Below are positions 37,363 through 48,377 of a DNA stretch of 48,997 nt, piece after piece. This DNA is from Candidatus Nanopelagicales bacterium. GTDB lineage: Bacteria; Actinomycetota; Actinomycetes; S36-B12; CAIYMF01. The stretch lies in assembly GCA_036375875.1 (NCBI GenBank), contig DASVBK010000246.1, positions 1 to 48,997 of the forward strand, given 5' to 3'. The notes beneath the pieces are model-generated. The model had not been told where the DNA came from. It made no database searches and worked only from the letters and a program-made list of their open reading frames with translations. The translations under genes were made by a program, and so were the position numbers. Numbering within the stretch: position 1 is the stretch's first letter; every line of letters starts with the position of its first letter.

Positions 37363-38561
37363 GCAGCCCGGGGCAGGATCCGCGCGGCGCCGGGTCGGGT
37401 TCCGAGCCGTCCCCGCAGCCGCACGCCCTGCTGTGGCACGACACCGGAGGTGACCCGGCCGGAGCGCTGGCGGGGCTGCGGGTCGCCGACTTCAGCCGCG
37501 TGCTGGCCGGTCCCTACGCCTCGATGATGCTCGGCGACCTGGGAGCCGACGTCGTCAAGGTGGAGCGGCCGCCGTACGGGGACGACACCCGCGCCTGGGC
37601 TCCCCCGCACGCCCCAGACGGCACCGCCACCTACTTCCAATCGGTGAACCGCAACAAGCGCACGGCCTGGCTGGACCTGACCGACAGGGCCGACCGCGCA
37701 GCCGCGCTCGGGTTGGCCACGTCTGCCGACGTGCTCATCGAGAACTTCGCGCCGGGCACCATGGCCCGCTTCGGCCTGGACTTCGCCTCCGTCTCGGCGG
37801 CCAACCCGCGCATCGTCTACGCGTCGATCACAGGGTTCGGCGCGGGACCGGGCGCGGGGATGCCCGGGTACGACCTGCTCGTCCAGGCGATGGGTGGCCT
37901 CATGAGCATCACCGGGCCCTCGCCCGACCAGCCCTCGAAGGTCGGGGTGGCCCTCGTCGACGTCATCACGGGACTGCACGCGACGGTCGGGATCCTCGCT
38001 GCGCTGGCCGAGCGTGCGGGCAGCGGGCGCGGCCAGCACGTCGAGGTGAACCTGCTGAGCTCGACGCTCTCAGCCCTGGTCAACCAGGCGCAGGGCGTGC
38101 TCACCGGCGGCCACATGCCCCGTGCCATGGGCAACGCGCACCCGAGCATCGCCCCGTACGAGACGCTGCCCACCGGCGACGGGACGCTCGCTCTGGCCGT
38201 GGGCAACGATCGGCAGTTCGCCTCCCTCTGCGCGGTCCTGGGCCTGCACCTGGCCGACGACCCGGACTTCGCGACCAATCCGGCGCGGGTGGCCCACCGT
38301 GCGTCGCTCATCCCGACGCTGGCCGCGGTCCTGCGGACCCAGCCGACCTCGCACTGGGTCGCCGCGCTCAGGGCGGCCGGCGTGCCGGCAGGCCCCGTGA
38401 ACGACATCGCCGGGGCGCTGGCGCTGGCCACCGAGCTCGGCCTCGACCCGGTCGCGCTGAGCGACGGCGTCCCGGGCGTCGCCAACCCGATCACGCTGTC
38501 ACGCACGCCGGTGGGCTATCGGCTGGCCCCGCCGGCCTCCCGACCGGGCGGCGGCCCGTGA
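37359..38561 (+). CDS. Family III CoA-transferase (CaiB/BaiF; succinyl-CoA:glutarate type is plausible)
   Basis: ATGA overlap with the gcdH stop. Motifs LAGLRVADFSRVLAGPYASMMLGDLGADVVKVE and GYDLLVQAMGGLMSITG (catalytic Asp region). The N-terminal 35 aa are low complexity, so a later start is possible. Confidence 0.85.
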   Translation: MSSPGQDPRGAGSGSEPSPQPHALLWHDTGGDPAGALAGLRVADFSRVLAGPYASMMLGDLGADVVKVERPPYGDDTRAWAPPHAPDGTATYFQSVNRNKRTAWLDLTDRADRAAALGLATSADVLIENFAPGTMARFGLDFASVSAANPRIVYASITGFGAGPGAGMPGYDLLVQAMGGLMSITGPSPDQPSKVGVALVDVITGLHATVGILAALAERAGSGRGQHVEVNLLSSTLSALVNQAQGVLTGGHMPRAMGNAHPSIAPYETLPTGDGTLALAVGNDRQFASLCAVLGLHLADDPDFATNPARVAHRASLIPTLAAVLRTQPTSHWVAALRAAGVPAGPVNDIAGALALATELGLDPVALSDGVPGVANPITLSRTPVGYRLAPPASRPGGGP

Positions 38562-39301
38562 CGGCGTTCCAGCGCCCGCCCACGGCCCAGGAGGCCGTGC
38601 TGGTCGAGCTGCGGGCGCGGATCCTGCGCGGGGAGCTGCCACCGGGGACGGCGCTGCGGCAGGAGGTCCTCGCCGCATCCCTGGGGGTGAGCCGCGTCCC
38701 GGTCCGGGAGGCCCTGCGGATGCTCGAGTCCGAGGGGCACGTCGCCTATGCCGCGCACCGCGGGTACCGCGTCGCGGAGCTGAGCCTCGCCGACCTCGAG
38801 GAGCTCTACGCCCTGCGCGGGCTCCTCGAGGACCATCTGGCCCGGTTGGCGATGGCGAGGATGGCCATGGACGACCGTGCGCGGGTGCGTCGGGCGCACG
38901 CCGAGCTCGAGGCAGCCGAGGCGGCCGCCGTGCCGAGCCGGACGGCGCCCGCATCGCCCGCGGCGGGCCGCCGCTCCCGCACCGCCACCGCACCTGCGCC
39001 GCCCCGCGGCGCTGCACCCGCGGAATCCCAGGCCGCCCTCGCCGCGGCCAACCGTGCCTTCCACTGGGCGATCCTGCGACCGACGCCCCGCGCCGAGCGC
39101 ATGCTCACGACGCTGTGGGACGCCTCCGACGCCTACCGGGCACGCTGGTTCGCCGACCCGGCCAACGTGGCACGCGGGGCCGAGGACCACCGCGCCATCC
39201 TCGCGGCCGTCGAGGCGGGCGACGGCCCACGGGTGGTGTCCCTGCTGGCGGCGCATCGGGACGCGGCCATCAGCGCGCTGCGCGCCACCCTGCCCCGCTG
39301 A
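38558..39301 (+). CDS. GntR family transcriptional regulator with an FCD-type C-terminal domain
   Basis: GTGA overlap with the CoA-transferase stop. wHTH segment LRQEVLAASLGVSRVPVREALRMLESEGHV. The helical FCD-like C-terminus is interrupted by a Pro/Ala-rich insert. Confidence 0.8.
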   Translation: MTAFQRPPTAQEAVLVELRARILRGELPPGTALRQEVLAASLGVSRVPVREALRMLESEGHVAYAAHRGYRVAELSLADLEELYALRGLLEDHLARLAMARMAMDDRARVRRAHAELEAAEAAAVPSRTAPASPAAGRRSRTATAPAPPRGAAPAESQAALAAANRAFHWAILRPTPRAERMLTTLWDASDAYRARWFADPANVARGAEDHRAILAAVEAGDGPRVVSLLAAHRDAAISALRATLPR

Positions 39302-39313
39302 GCAGCGATCGGG

Positions 39314-41200
<1,887 letters not shown>

Positions 41201-41242
41201 GCCTGCCTCCTCGATGATCGCCAGCCCGTCGCGGGGACGTTC

Positions 41243-41389
41243 CTACTCCTGTCGCGCGTCCCACGACGGGTCGACGATGCCGCGCTCGACCAACGGCTGC
41301 GGCCCTGCGACGAGCGGGATGCCGCCTCGGACGTCGACCACGTGGCGCCGCCGCAGCAGCCACCCGGCGGTGGGAGTGCACCGCAGCAT
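41243..41389 (-). CDS. Possible small ORF or gene remnant (48 aa from the ATG; the frame stays open further upstream)
   Basis: MLRCTPTAGWLLRRRHVVDVRGGIPLVAGPQPLVERGIVDPSWDARQE. About 94% G/C at third codon positions, within an otherwise unassigned 332-bp gap. The antisense plus-strand frame shares the same third positions but is Ser/Arg/Pro junk. No RBS or homologue recognised. Confidence 0.2.
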   Translation of the reverse strand: MLRCTPTAGWLLRRRHVVDVRGGIPLVAGPQPLVERGIVDPSWDARQE

Positions 41390-41532
41390 GGTGGCGGGCG
41401 CCGGTATTGGGTGGATCCAGCCCGCGCGGTGGTGAGCATCCTCGGGGGCCCAGGGGCTCGGGGGCCCGGCGCTCGACCGTGCTGGGGGTGCAGCCGTGCC
41501 CGGCGCTCGGCCAGCCTCGAGGGCCGGCCGGG

Positions 41533-42375
41533 TCAGCGTCGCCGCGACCAGGTGGGAGGAGCCATCCCCTCGTGCGCGTAGAGCGCCGCGACGAGTGGTG
41601 CGTGGTCCCCGGTCGCGAACGCCTCGAAGGGGCGGGGCGCGTACCGCACGAGATCCTCGAAGGGCAGGTGGCACAGCGCACGCAGGGCGAGGAGCTCGTC
41701 CGGGGGGAACGCGACCGGATCGGTGGCCGCGCCCGCTCCCCCGCTGGCGAACCGGACCGGGGGACGGGTGTTCGGGACGCCGGGCAGCGCGAGGGTGTCA
41801 TGGTGCTCCCGCGTCGCATCCGCTCCCGTCGACTCCGTTCCCGTCGCATCCGTCCCGGACGTGCCCGCGCCGTCCGTCGTCGTGAGCCCCGGTGCCAGGG
41901 CGTACGGCCTCGGCGCCGGCACCGCAGTGAGCACCCGGTAGCCGGCGTCCCAGCCCCGGGCGCGGTCCAGCCGGCGGGGCAGCCACAGCACGAGCAGGAC
42001 GGCCGCGGGCGCGAGGAACGTGACGAGGGCCAGGACGTTGGCGGCCGTCGTCACCGCGTTCGTGACGGTCTGGCCGGTCTGGGCGGCGGTGCCGAACGTC
42101 GCGGACCCGAGGTCCTCGAACGTCTGCTGGAGCTGGCCGCCGACGAACGGGATGCCAGCCAGGGCTTCCCCGACCCCACCCCACGTCTCCTGCGCCCCGG
42201 CGGCGCCGGAGGTGAAGCCCTCGCTGATGGCGGTCAGGGCCATCACCGCCGAGCGCACCGCCCACGCCAGCACCGCGAAGAGCACCAGGGCGAGCAGGAC
42301 GAGCACGTCGCGCACGACCTGGCGGGAGCGGAGTTCGGCGAGCTGCGGGTAGAGGCGCACGGGGCCGATCCTCAC
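41533..42375 (-). CDS. Hypothetical membrane protein
   Basis: 280-aa ORF with a GTG start. Two clear TM helices (VLVLLALVLFAVLAWAV and VLALVTFLAPAAVLLVLWL), a Thr/Gly/Asp/Ala low-complexity linker, and a C-terminal soluble segment. No motif recognised. Confidence 0.55.
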   Translation of the reverse strand: MRIGPVRLYPQLAELRSRQVVRDVLVLLALVLFAVLAWAVRSAVMALTAISEGFTSGAAGAQETWGGVGEALAGIPFVGGQLQQTFEDLGSATFGTAAQTGQTVTNAVTTAANVLALVTFLAPAAVLLVLWLPRRLDRARGWDAGYRVLTAVPAPRPYALAPGLTTTDGAGTSGTDATGTESTGADATREHHDTLALPGVPNTRPPVRFASGGAGAATDPVAFPPDELLALRALCHLPFEDLVRYAPRPFEAFATGDHAPLVAALYAHEGMAPPTWSRRR

Positions 42376-42483
42376 ACGCCGCGGGCCGCGATTCGCCGAG
42401 GCCGTGTGCCTGCAGTGCTCGTTCCTGGTCGTACGGGCCCTCGACGCGCGGCGATCGGGGCCCCGGGCCCCGCACCCTGCGGG

Positions 42484-43620
42484 TCAGTCGCGGACCGTCG
42501 CCGCCAGCTGCCCGCACGCCCCGTCGATCTCCCGGCCCCGGGTGTCGCGGATCGTGGTCGGGATGCCGCGCGCCTCCAGCGCGGCAACGAAGGCCCGCTC
42601 GACCGCCGGGTCGCTGGCGGTCCACTTCGAGCCCGGAGTGGGGTTCAGCGGGATCGGGTTGACGTGCACCCAGCCGCGGCCCCGGGCGTTCAGCAGCTTG
42701 CCCAGCAGGTCGGCGCGCCAGGCCTGGTCGTTGATGTCTCGGATCAGCGCGTACTCGATCGAGACCCGCCGGCCGGTCGCCTGGGAGTAGGCGAACGCGG
42801 CGTCGATCGCCTCGCCGACCTTGTGGCGGGTGTTGATCGGCACCAGCTCGTCGCGCAGCTCGTCGTCCGGGGCGTGCAGGCTCAGAGCGAGGGTGACCGG
42901 GATGCCCTCCGCGGCGAGCCGTCGCATCGCCGGCACGAGCCCGACGGTCGAGACCGTGACGCCGCGGGCCGACATGCCCAGGCCCTCAGGACTCGGATCC
43001 ACGAGCCGACGGACCGCGCCAAGGACGACGCCATAGTTGGCCAGCGGCTCCCCCATGCCCATGAACACCACGTTGGAGACGCGTCCCGGCCCGCCGGCGA
43101 CCTCCCCGCGGGCCAGCGCCCGTGCCCCGGCCAGGACCTGCTCCACGATCTCGGCGGTCGACAGGTTGCGCTGCAGGCCGCCCTGCCCCGTCGCGCAGAA
43201 CGGGCAGTTCATGCCGCAGCCGGCCTGCGAGGAGACGCACATCGTCACGCGCTCGCGCGAGTGCGCGGTCGCCGGATAGCGCATGAGCACCGACTCGACC
43301 ATCGCCCCGTCGTGCAGCCGCCACACCGACTTCACGGTGAGCCCACCGTCGCAGGTGATGTCGCGCACGGGGGCCAGCAGCGGCGGGCAGAGGCTCGCGG
43401 CGAGCGGCGCGCGCAGCGCGGCGGGGACGTCGGTCCACTGGGCGGGATCGTCCACGAGGCGGGCGAACCAGTGGGTGCTCACCTGGTCGGCGCGGAACCT
43501 GGGCAACCCGGCGGCGACCACGGCCTCGCGCCGCTCGGCCAGGGTCATGTCGGCCAGGTGCCGTGGTGGCTTGCCACGGCGGGGTGCCTCCAGGACGAGC
43601 AGGCCGGGGGGCTGGTTCAC
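42484..43620 (-). CDS. rlmN: 23S rRNA/tRNA adenine-C2 methyltransferase, radical SAM
   Basis: Radical-SAM cluster motif [19 protein letters not shown], plus GMGEPLANY and the C-terminal DGACGQL. GTG start 1 nt after the cdsA stop. Confidence 0.92.
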   Translation of the reverse strand: MNQPPGLLVLEAPRRGKPPRHLADMTLAERREAVVAAGLPRFRADQVSTHWFARLVDDPAQWTDVPAALRAPLAASLCPPLLAPVRDITCDGGLTVKSVWRLHDGAMVESVLMRYPATAHSRERVTMCVSSQAGCGMNCPFCATGQGGLQRNLSTAEIVEQVLAGARALARGEVAGGPGRVSNVVFMGMGEPLANYGVVLGAVRRLVDPSPEGLGMSARGVTVSTVGLVPAMRRLAAEGIPVTLALSLHAPDDELRDELVPINTRHKVGEAIDAAFAYSQATGRRVSIEYALIRDINDQAWRADLLGKLLNARGRGWVHVNPIPLNPTPGSKWTASDPAVERAFVAALEARGIPTTIRDTRGREIDGACGQLAATVRD

Positions 43621-43621
43621 G

Positions 43622-44554
43622 TCACCACAGGCCGAGCGTCACGGCGAACAACGCGTACGCCACGACGGTGTTCGGGATGATGCTGTCGAGCCGGTCCATG
43701 AGCCCGCCGTGCCCGGGCAGCAGGTTGGACATGTCCTTGATGCCCAGGTCGCGCTTGATCGCCGACTCGACGAAGTCGCCGAGCGTCGCCGTGACCGTCA
43801 TGATCGCCCCGACGATCGCGCCCATCCACCACGGCGCCTCGAGGAGCCACACGAACAGCGCGGCGCCGAGCACCACCTGCAACGTCAGCGAGCCGGCGAA
43901 GCCCTCCCAGGACTTCTTGGGGCTGATGTGCGGGGCCATCGGATGCTTGCCCCACAGCACGCCCGTCGCGTACCCACCGATGTCGCTGGCCACCGAGAGC
44001 ACCACGAAGACCACGACGCGATCCGCGCCGTCCGGGCTGGTCGCGATGAGGGCGGCGAACCCGCCCATGAGCGGTGCGTAGCCCAGCACGAAGGCGCTGG
44101 CCGTGGCGTCGCGGACGAAGTGCGCCACCCCGTAGCGCAGCAGCCGCCAGAACAGCGTGAACAGGAACATGAGGCCGAACGCCACGACCAGCGCGATGGG
44201 CCCGTTGCGTGGCCCGAACACGAAGGCCACGATCGGCAGCAGCCCCGCGGCCAGCAGCAGCGGCATCTTGGCCAGCGTGATGCCTCGGCCGGCCAGGGCC
44301 TCGGACAGCTCGTTCGCCCCGATGATGATGGCCGCCAGGATCACGACCAGGAACAGCGGCGTCCAGAAGTACAGCGAGGCCAGGGCGATCCCGCCCATGA
44401 GCAGGCCGACCGCGATGGCCGCCGGCAGGTTGCGCCCGGCACGCGACTTCGCCGGTGCCGGCACGCTCACGGCCGTGGCAGCGTCGGCGGGCGCTGCGGC
44501 GGCGCCGTCGGGGCTGGGCGCGTCGGGCGGCGGGGCTCCCGGGCTGGCCGACAT
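43622..44554 (-). CDS. cdsA: Phosphatidate cytidylyltransferase
   Basis: Polytopic membrane ORF with the CDS signature SPKKSWEG...[34 protein letters not shown]. Confidence 0.9.
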   Translation of the reverse strand: MSASPGAPPPDAPSPDGAAAAPADAATAVSVPAPAKSRAGRNLPAAIAVGLLMGGIALASLYFWTPLFLVVILAAIIIGANELSEALAGRGITLAKMPLLLAAGLLPIVAFVFGPRNGPIALVVAFGLMFLFTLFWRLLRYGVAHFVRDATASAFVLGYAPLMGGFAALIATSPDGADRVVVFVVLSVASDIGGYATGVLWGKHPMAPHISPKKSWEGFAGSLTLQVVLGAALFVWLLEAPWWMGAIVGAIMTVTATLGDFVESAIKRDLGIKDMSNLLPGHGGLMDRLDSIIPNTVVAYALFAVTLGLW

Positions 44555-44601
44555 CCGGCACCCTCCTCGGTCGTGGTCAGGGGTCGAGCAGGGGCGAGAC
44601 C

Positions 44602-45159
44602 TCAGATCTCGAGCAGCTCGGCTTCCTTGTGCTTGAGCAGGTCCTCGACGAGACCGGTGTGCTTCGCCGTGAGCCCGTCGAGCTCCTTCTCGGCGCGGCG
44701 CACGTCGTCCTCACCGGCCTCGCCGTCCTTGGCCAGCTTGTCGAGGTGGTCCTTGGTGTGGCGACGGATGTTGCGGATCGCGACCTTGGACTCCTCGGCC
44801 TTGTGCCGCGCCTGCTTGATGTACTCCTTGCGGCGCTCCTCGGTGAGCACCGGCAGCACGACCCGGATGATCTGGCCGTCGTCGACCGGGTTCACGCCCA
44901 GGTCGGAGTCACGGATTGCCTTCTCGATGGCGTGCATCGAGCCCTTGTCGAACGGCGAGATGAGGATCATCCGCGCCTCGGGGGTCTGGAAGGAGGCGAG
45001 CTGGTTGATCGGCGTCGGCGCCCCGTAGTAGTCCACGAGGATCTTGTTGAACATCTGGGGGGTCGCGCGACCGGTGCGGATCGTCGCGAAGTCCTCCTTG
45101 GCCACGGCGATGGCCTTGTCCATCTTCTCCTCGGCCTCGAACAGCGCCTCGTCGATCAT
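44602..45159 (-). CDS. frr: Ribosome recycling factor
   Basis: 185-aa ORF colinear with RRF ([17 protein letters not shown]...RTGRATP...[10 protein letters not shown]). Confidence 0.95.
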   Translation of the reverse strand: MIDEALFEAEEKMDKAIAVAKEDFATIRTGRATPQMFNKILVDYYGAPTPINQLASFQTPEARMILISPFDKGSMHAIEKAIRDSDLGVNPVDDGQIIRVVLPVLTEERRKEYIKQARHKAEESKVAIRNIRRHTKDHLDKLAKDGEAGEDDVRRAEKELDGLTAKHTGLVEDLLKHKEAELLEI

Positions 45160-45168
45160 GCGGAGCTC

Positions 45169-45966
45169 CTACCAGTGGCTGCCCGGCCGGTCGACCGGTG
45201 CGATCAGGGTGCCGATTCTCTCACCTGCGACCGCACGGGCGATGTTGCCATGCACGAGCAGGTTGAAGACCACGATCGGCAGGGCGTTGTCGGAGCACAG
45301 CGAGATCGCGGTCGCGTCGGCGACCTTGAGGTTGCGCGCGAGCACCTCGGCATAGTCGAGGTGCTCGAAGCGCCTGGCGTCCGGGTGGGTGCGGGGATCT
45401 GCGTCGTACACCCCGTCGACGCCCTTGGCCATGAGCACCACCTGTGCGCCGACCTCGAGCGCCCGCTGGGCGGCACACGTGTCGGTGGAGAAGAACGGCA
45501 CGCCGAGGCCGGCCCCGAAGATCACCACCCGGCCCTTCTCGAGGTGGCGCACCGCCCTGCGCGGGATGTAGGCCTCGGCGACCTGGCTCATCGGGATGGC
45601 GGTCTGGACGCGGGTGTCGATGCCCTGCTTCTCCAGGAAGTCCTGCAGCGCCAGGCAGTTCATGACCGTGCCGAGCATGCCCATGTAGTCGGCGCGCGAG
45701 CGGTCCATGCCGCGCTCGTGCAGCTGGGCGCCGCGGAAGTAGTTGCCCCCGCCGATCACGACCGCCACCTGCGCGCCCGTCCGCACGACGTCGGCCACCT
45801 GCTTGGCGATGCTGTGCACCACGTCCGGGTCCACGCCCAGGCCGCCGCCGCCGGCGAACGCCTCGCCCGAGAGCTTGAGCAGCACGCGGTGCCAGCCGCG
45901 CTCCGGTGCCTCCGGCCAACGCTCGACGGTTCCCTCGAGGGTGGGCTGGTCGGGGAGCAGCATCAC
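45169..45966 (-). CDS. pyrH: UMP kinase
   Basis: Motifs [22 protein letters not shown] and GVYDADP. The start is either the GTG at 45966 or the adjacent ATG at 45963. Confidence 0.93.
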   Translation of the reverse strand: MMLLPDQPTLEGTVERWPEAPERGWHRVLLKLSGEAFAGGGGLGVDPDVVHSIAKQVADVVRTGAQVAVVIGGGNYFRGAQLHERGMDRSRADYMGMLGTVMNCLALQDFLEKQGIDTRVQTAIPMSQVAEAYIPRRAVRHLEKGRVVIFGAGLGVPFFSTDTCAAQRALEVGAQVVLMAKGVDGVYDADPRTHPDARRFEHLDYAEVLARNLKVADATAISLCSDNALPIVVFNLLVHGNIARAVAGERIGTLIAPVDRPGSHW

Positions 45967-45994
45967 GGGGAGCAGTCTGCCCTATCGCGACACG

Positions 45995-46032
45995 CCGACG
46001 CCCCCGGGCAGTCAGGGCCTCGGGGGCGTCGG
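45995..46032 (-). terminator. 12-bp GC hairpin between tsf and pyrH (terminator or attenuator candidate, no U-tract)
   Basis: CCGACGCCCCCG (45995-46006) pairs perfectly with CGGGGGCGTCGG (46021-46032) across a 14-nt loop. It lies 68-105 nt downstream of the tsf stop on the minus strand. Confidence 0.45.
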
Positions 46033-46099
46033 GGAGCTGCGGCGGCGGGCCCCCGGGGCGGCCTGAGCCGTCGGGACAGCCCCGCCGGGACGGGTGGGG

Positions 46100-46915
46100 T
46101 CAGCCGCCGATCTCGAGGCGGGCGAAGCCGGTGATCGAGGCACCGTGCTCGGTGGCGAAGGCCCTGACCGTCTTCTTGCTGTCCTGCACCGAGGACTGCT
46201 CGAGCAGGACGCGGTCCTTGAAGAACCCGTTCACCCGGCCCTCCACGATCTTGGGCAGCGCCCCCTCGGGCTTGCCCTCCTCCCGCGCGGTCGCCTCGGC
46301 GATGCGCCGCTCGTCGGCGACCACGTCGGCGGGCACGTCCTCGCGGGTCAGGTAGTCCGGGCGCATGGCCGCGATCTGCATGCCGATCGCGCGCGCCGTG
46401 TCCTCGTCGCCGTCATAGGCCACGAGCACGCCCACCTGCGGGGGCAGGTCGGCGGCGCGGCGATGCATGTAGGTGGCGATGGTGCCCTCGATCCGGGCCA
46501 CCCGGCCCAGCTCGAGCTTCTCGCCGATGACGCCGGACATCGACGAGATCGCGTCCGTCACGGTCTCGCCGGAGGGCAGCGTCGCGGCGGCCAGCGCGTC
46601 ACGGTCGGCGATCGCGCCGGCGTCGGCGACGGCGACGATCTGGTCGGCCAGGGCCTGGAAGTCGGCATTCTTCGCCACGAAGTCGGTCTCGCACAGCAGC
46701 TCGACGAGCGAGCCGCCCCGGGATGCGACCAAGCCGTTGCTGGCAGTGCGCTCGGCACCGCGCTTGGCGGCCTTGGCGGCCCCGGAGATCCGCAGGATCT
46801 CGACGGCGGCGTCGAAGTCGCCGTCGGCCTCGGTGAGGGCCCGCTTGCACTCCATCATGCCGGCGGAGGTGAGGTCGCGGAGCTTCTTGACGTCCGCGGC
46901 GGTGATCGCAGCCAT
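46100..46915 (-). CDS. tsf: Translation elongation factor Ts
   Basis: Begins at the internal ATG ([27 protein letters not shown]...), which is the UBA-like N-terminus typical of EF-Ts. Also contains ETDFVAKN. Confidence 0.95.
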   Translation of the reverse strand: MAAITAADVKKLRDLTSAGMMECKRALTEADGDFDAAVEILRISGAAKAAKRGAERTASNGLVASRGGSLVELLCETDFVAKNADFQALADQIVAVADAGAIADRDALAAATLPSGETVTDAISSMSGVIGEKLELGRVARIEGTIATYMHRRAADLPPQVGVLVAYDGDEDTARAIGMQIAAMRPDYLTREDVPADVVADERRIAEATAREEGKPEGALPKIVEGRVNGFFKDRVLLEQSSVQDSKKTVRAFATEHGASITGFARLEIGG

Positions 46916-46973
46916 GGGGCTGTCCTTTCGGGTCGGGGCGCGAACGGCGCCCCCTGGGGGTTGCACGTGGATG

Positions 46974-47009
46974 CTCCGGTGGCGCCTGCTCGCGCTGGCG
47001 CCACCGGAG
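46974..47009 (-). terminator. 13-bp perfect hairpin in the rpsB-tsf intergenic region (attenuator or terminator candidate)
   Basis: CTCCGGTGGCGCC (46974-46986) pairs with GGCGCCACCGGAG (46997-47009) across a 10-nt loop. A smaller GCCGGC-6nt-GCCGGC hairpin lies at 47012-47029, immediately after the rpsB stop. Confidence 0.5.
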
Positions 47010-47035
47010 GGGCCGGCACGGTGGCCGGCGTGGGA

Positions 47036-48205
47036 CTACTCGGCGGTGCGCTCGTCAGCCTCGGCCTCGACGGCGGCGGCGACGTCCTCCGCCACGACGG
47101 CCTCGATGACGGCTTCCTCGGCCACGGCCTCCGCGACGACAGCCTCGGCCACGGCCTCCTCGGCCACGGCCTCCGCGACGAGGGCCTCAGCCACGGCCTC
47201 CTCGGCGATGACCTCGTCGGCGGCGGCGACATCCACGGCGGCCTGGGCCTCCTCGGCCGAGACGTAGCCAGCCGCTGCCTCTGCGAGCTCCGCGTCGGCC
47301 ACGGCCTCGGCGACGACAGCCTCGGCCACGGCCTCCTCAGCGACGGCCTCAGCAGCCACGGCCTCGATGACGGCCTCCTCGGCGACGACGTCGGCGACGA
47401 CAGCCTCGGCCACCGCCTCGACCGCGACGACCTCGGCGGCCTGCTCAGCCTGGTGGGCGGCCAGGAGCTCGGCCTCCCACTCGGCGAGCGGCTCGGCGGC
47501 GACGGTGCCGCCGCTGGCGCGCGCCACGAGACCCTCGGCGACCGCGTCGGCGATCACCCGGGTCAGCAGCGCCACCGCGCGGATGGCGTCGTCGTTGCCC
47601 GGGATCGGGAAGTCGACCACGTCGGGGTCGCAGTTCGAGTCCAGGATCGCGATGACCGGGATGCCCAGCTTGCGGGCCTCGCCGACGGCGATGGCCTCCT
47701 TGTTGGTGTCCACCACCCACACGGCCGACGGGGTGCGCGCCATGTCGCGGATGCCGCCGAGGGTGCGCTCGAGCTTGTCCTTCTCGCGACGCAGGACGAG
47801 CAGCTCCTTCTTCGTCATGCCGGAGCCGGCCACGTCGTCGAAGTCGATCTGCTCGAGCTCCTTGAGCCGCTGCAGCCGCTTGTGCACGGTCTGGAAGTTG
47901 GTGAGCATGCCGCCCAGCCAGCGCTCGTTCACGTAGGGCATCCCGACGCGGGTGGCCTGCTCGGCCACGGCCTCCTGGGCCTGCTTCTTGGTGCCCACGA
48001 ACATGACGGTGCCGCCGCGGGAGACGGTGTCCTTGACGTAGGAGTAGGCGCGGTCGATCGCGGTGAGCGACTGCGTGAGGTCGATGATGTAGATGCCGTT
48101 GCGCTCGGTGAGGATGAAGCGCTTCATCTTGGGGTTCCAGCGCCGGGTCTGATGCCCGAAGTGGACACCGCTCTCGAGCATCTGGCGCATCGTCACGACG
48201 GCCAT
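47036..48205 (-). CDS. rpsB: 30S ribosomal protein S2 with a long repeat-rich acidic C-terminal extension
   Basis: Begins at the internal ATG ([27 protein letters not shown]...). The canonical S2 core runs to about residue 230, followed by about 130 aa of Ala/Glu/Val repeats. GAGAGAGGA precedes the ATG. Confidence 0.93.
   Translation of the reverse strand: MAVVTMRQMLESGVHFGHQTRRWNPKMKRFILTERNGIYIIDLTQSLTAIDRAYSYVKDTVSRGGTVMFVGTKKQAQEAVAEQATRVGMPYVNERWLGGMLTNFQTVHKRLQRLKELEQIDFDDVAGSGMTKKELLVLRREKDKLERTLGGIRDMARTPSAVWVVDTNKEAIAVGEARKLGIPVIAILDSNCDPDVVDFPIPGNDDAIRAVALLTRVIADAVAEGLVARASGGTVAAEPLAEWEAELLAAHQAEQAAEVVAVEAVAEAVVADVVAEEAVIEAVAAEAVAEEAVAEAVVAEAVADAELAEAAAGYVSAEEAQAAVDVAAADEVIAEEAVAEALVAEAVAEEAVAEAVVAEAVAEEAVIEAVVAEDVAAAVEAEADERTAE
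47066..47440 (-). repeat. Imperfect tandem and duplicated 12-nt-period repeats encoding (A-E-A-V)n inside the rpsB 3' end
   Basis: The 16-mer [15 protein letters not shown](D/E) occurs twice, at residues 289-304 and 347-362. Two related blocks of about 50 aa are separated by a linker of about 20 aa. At DNA level GCCACGGCCTC(C/G)GCGACGACAGCCTCGGCCACGGCCTCCTC recurs at about 47110 and about 47300. Confidence 0.8.
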
Positions 48206-48371
48206 GGGGTCCTCTCTCGTGCGCGGGCGGGCCGCGCGGTCGGTTGTCACGTCGCCACCTGGTGGTGGCACGTCCTGATGTCCCGCGGGGTCGGGCTGCC
48301 GCAGCAGACCGGTCCGGCCCCGCACGTACTGGGACATGCGAATTCGGGCCCGAGTCGGACCCGTGGGCGTG

Positions 48372-48377
48372 ATTGTA
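48372..48377 (-). promoter_or_regulatory. Candidate -10 box TACAAT for rpsB
   Basis: The minus strand reads TACAAT in a locally AT-richer patch, about 165 nt upstream of the rpsB ATG. No convincing -35 element. It would imply a long structured leader. Confidence 0.25.
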
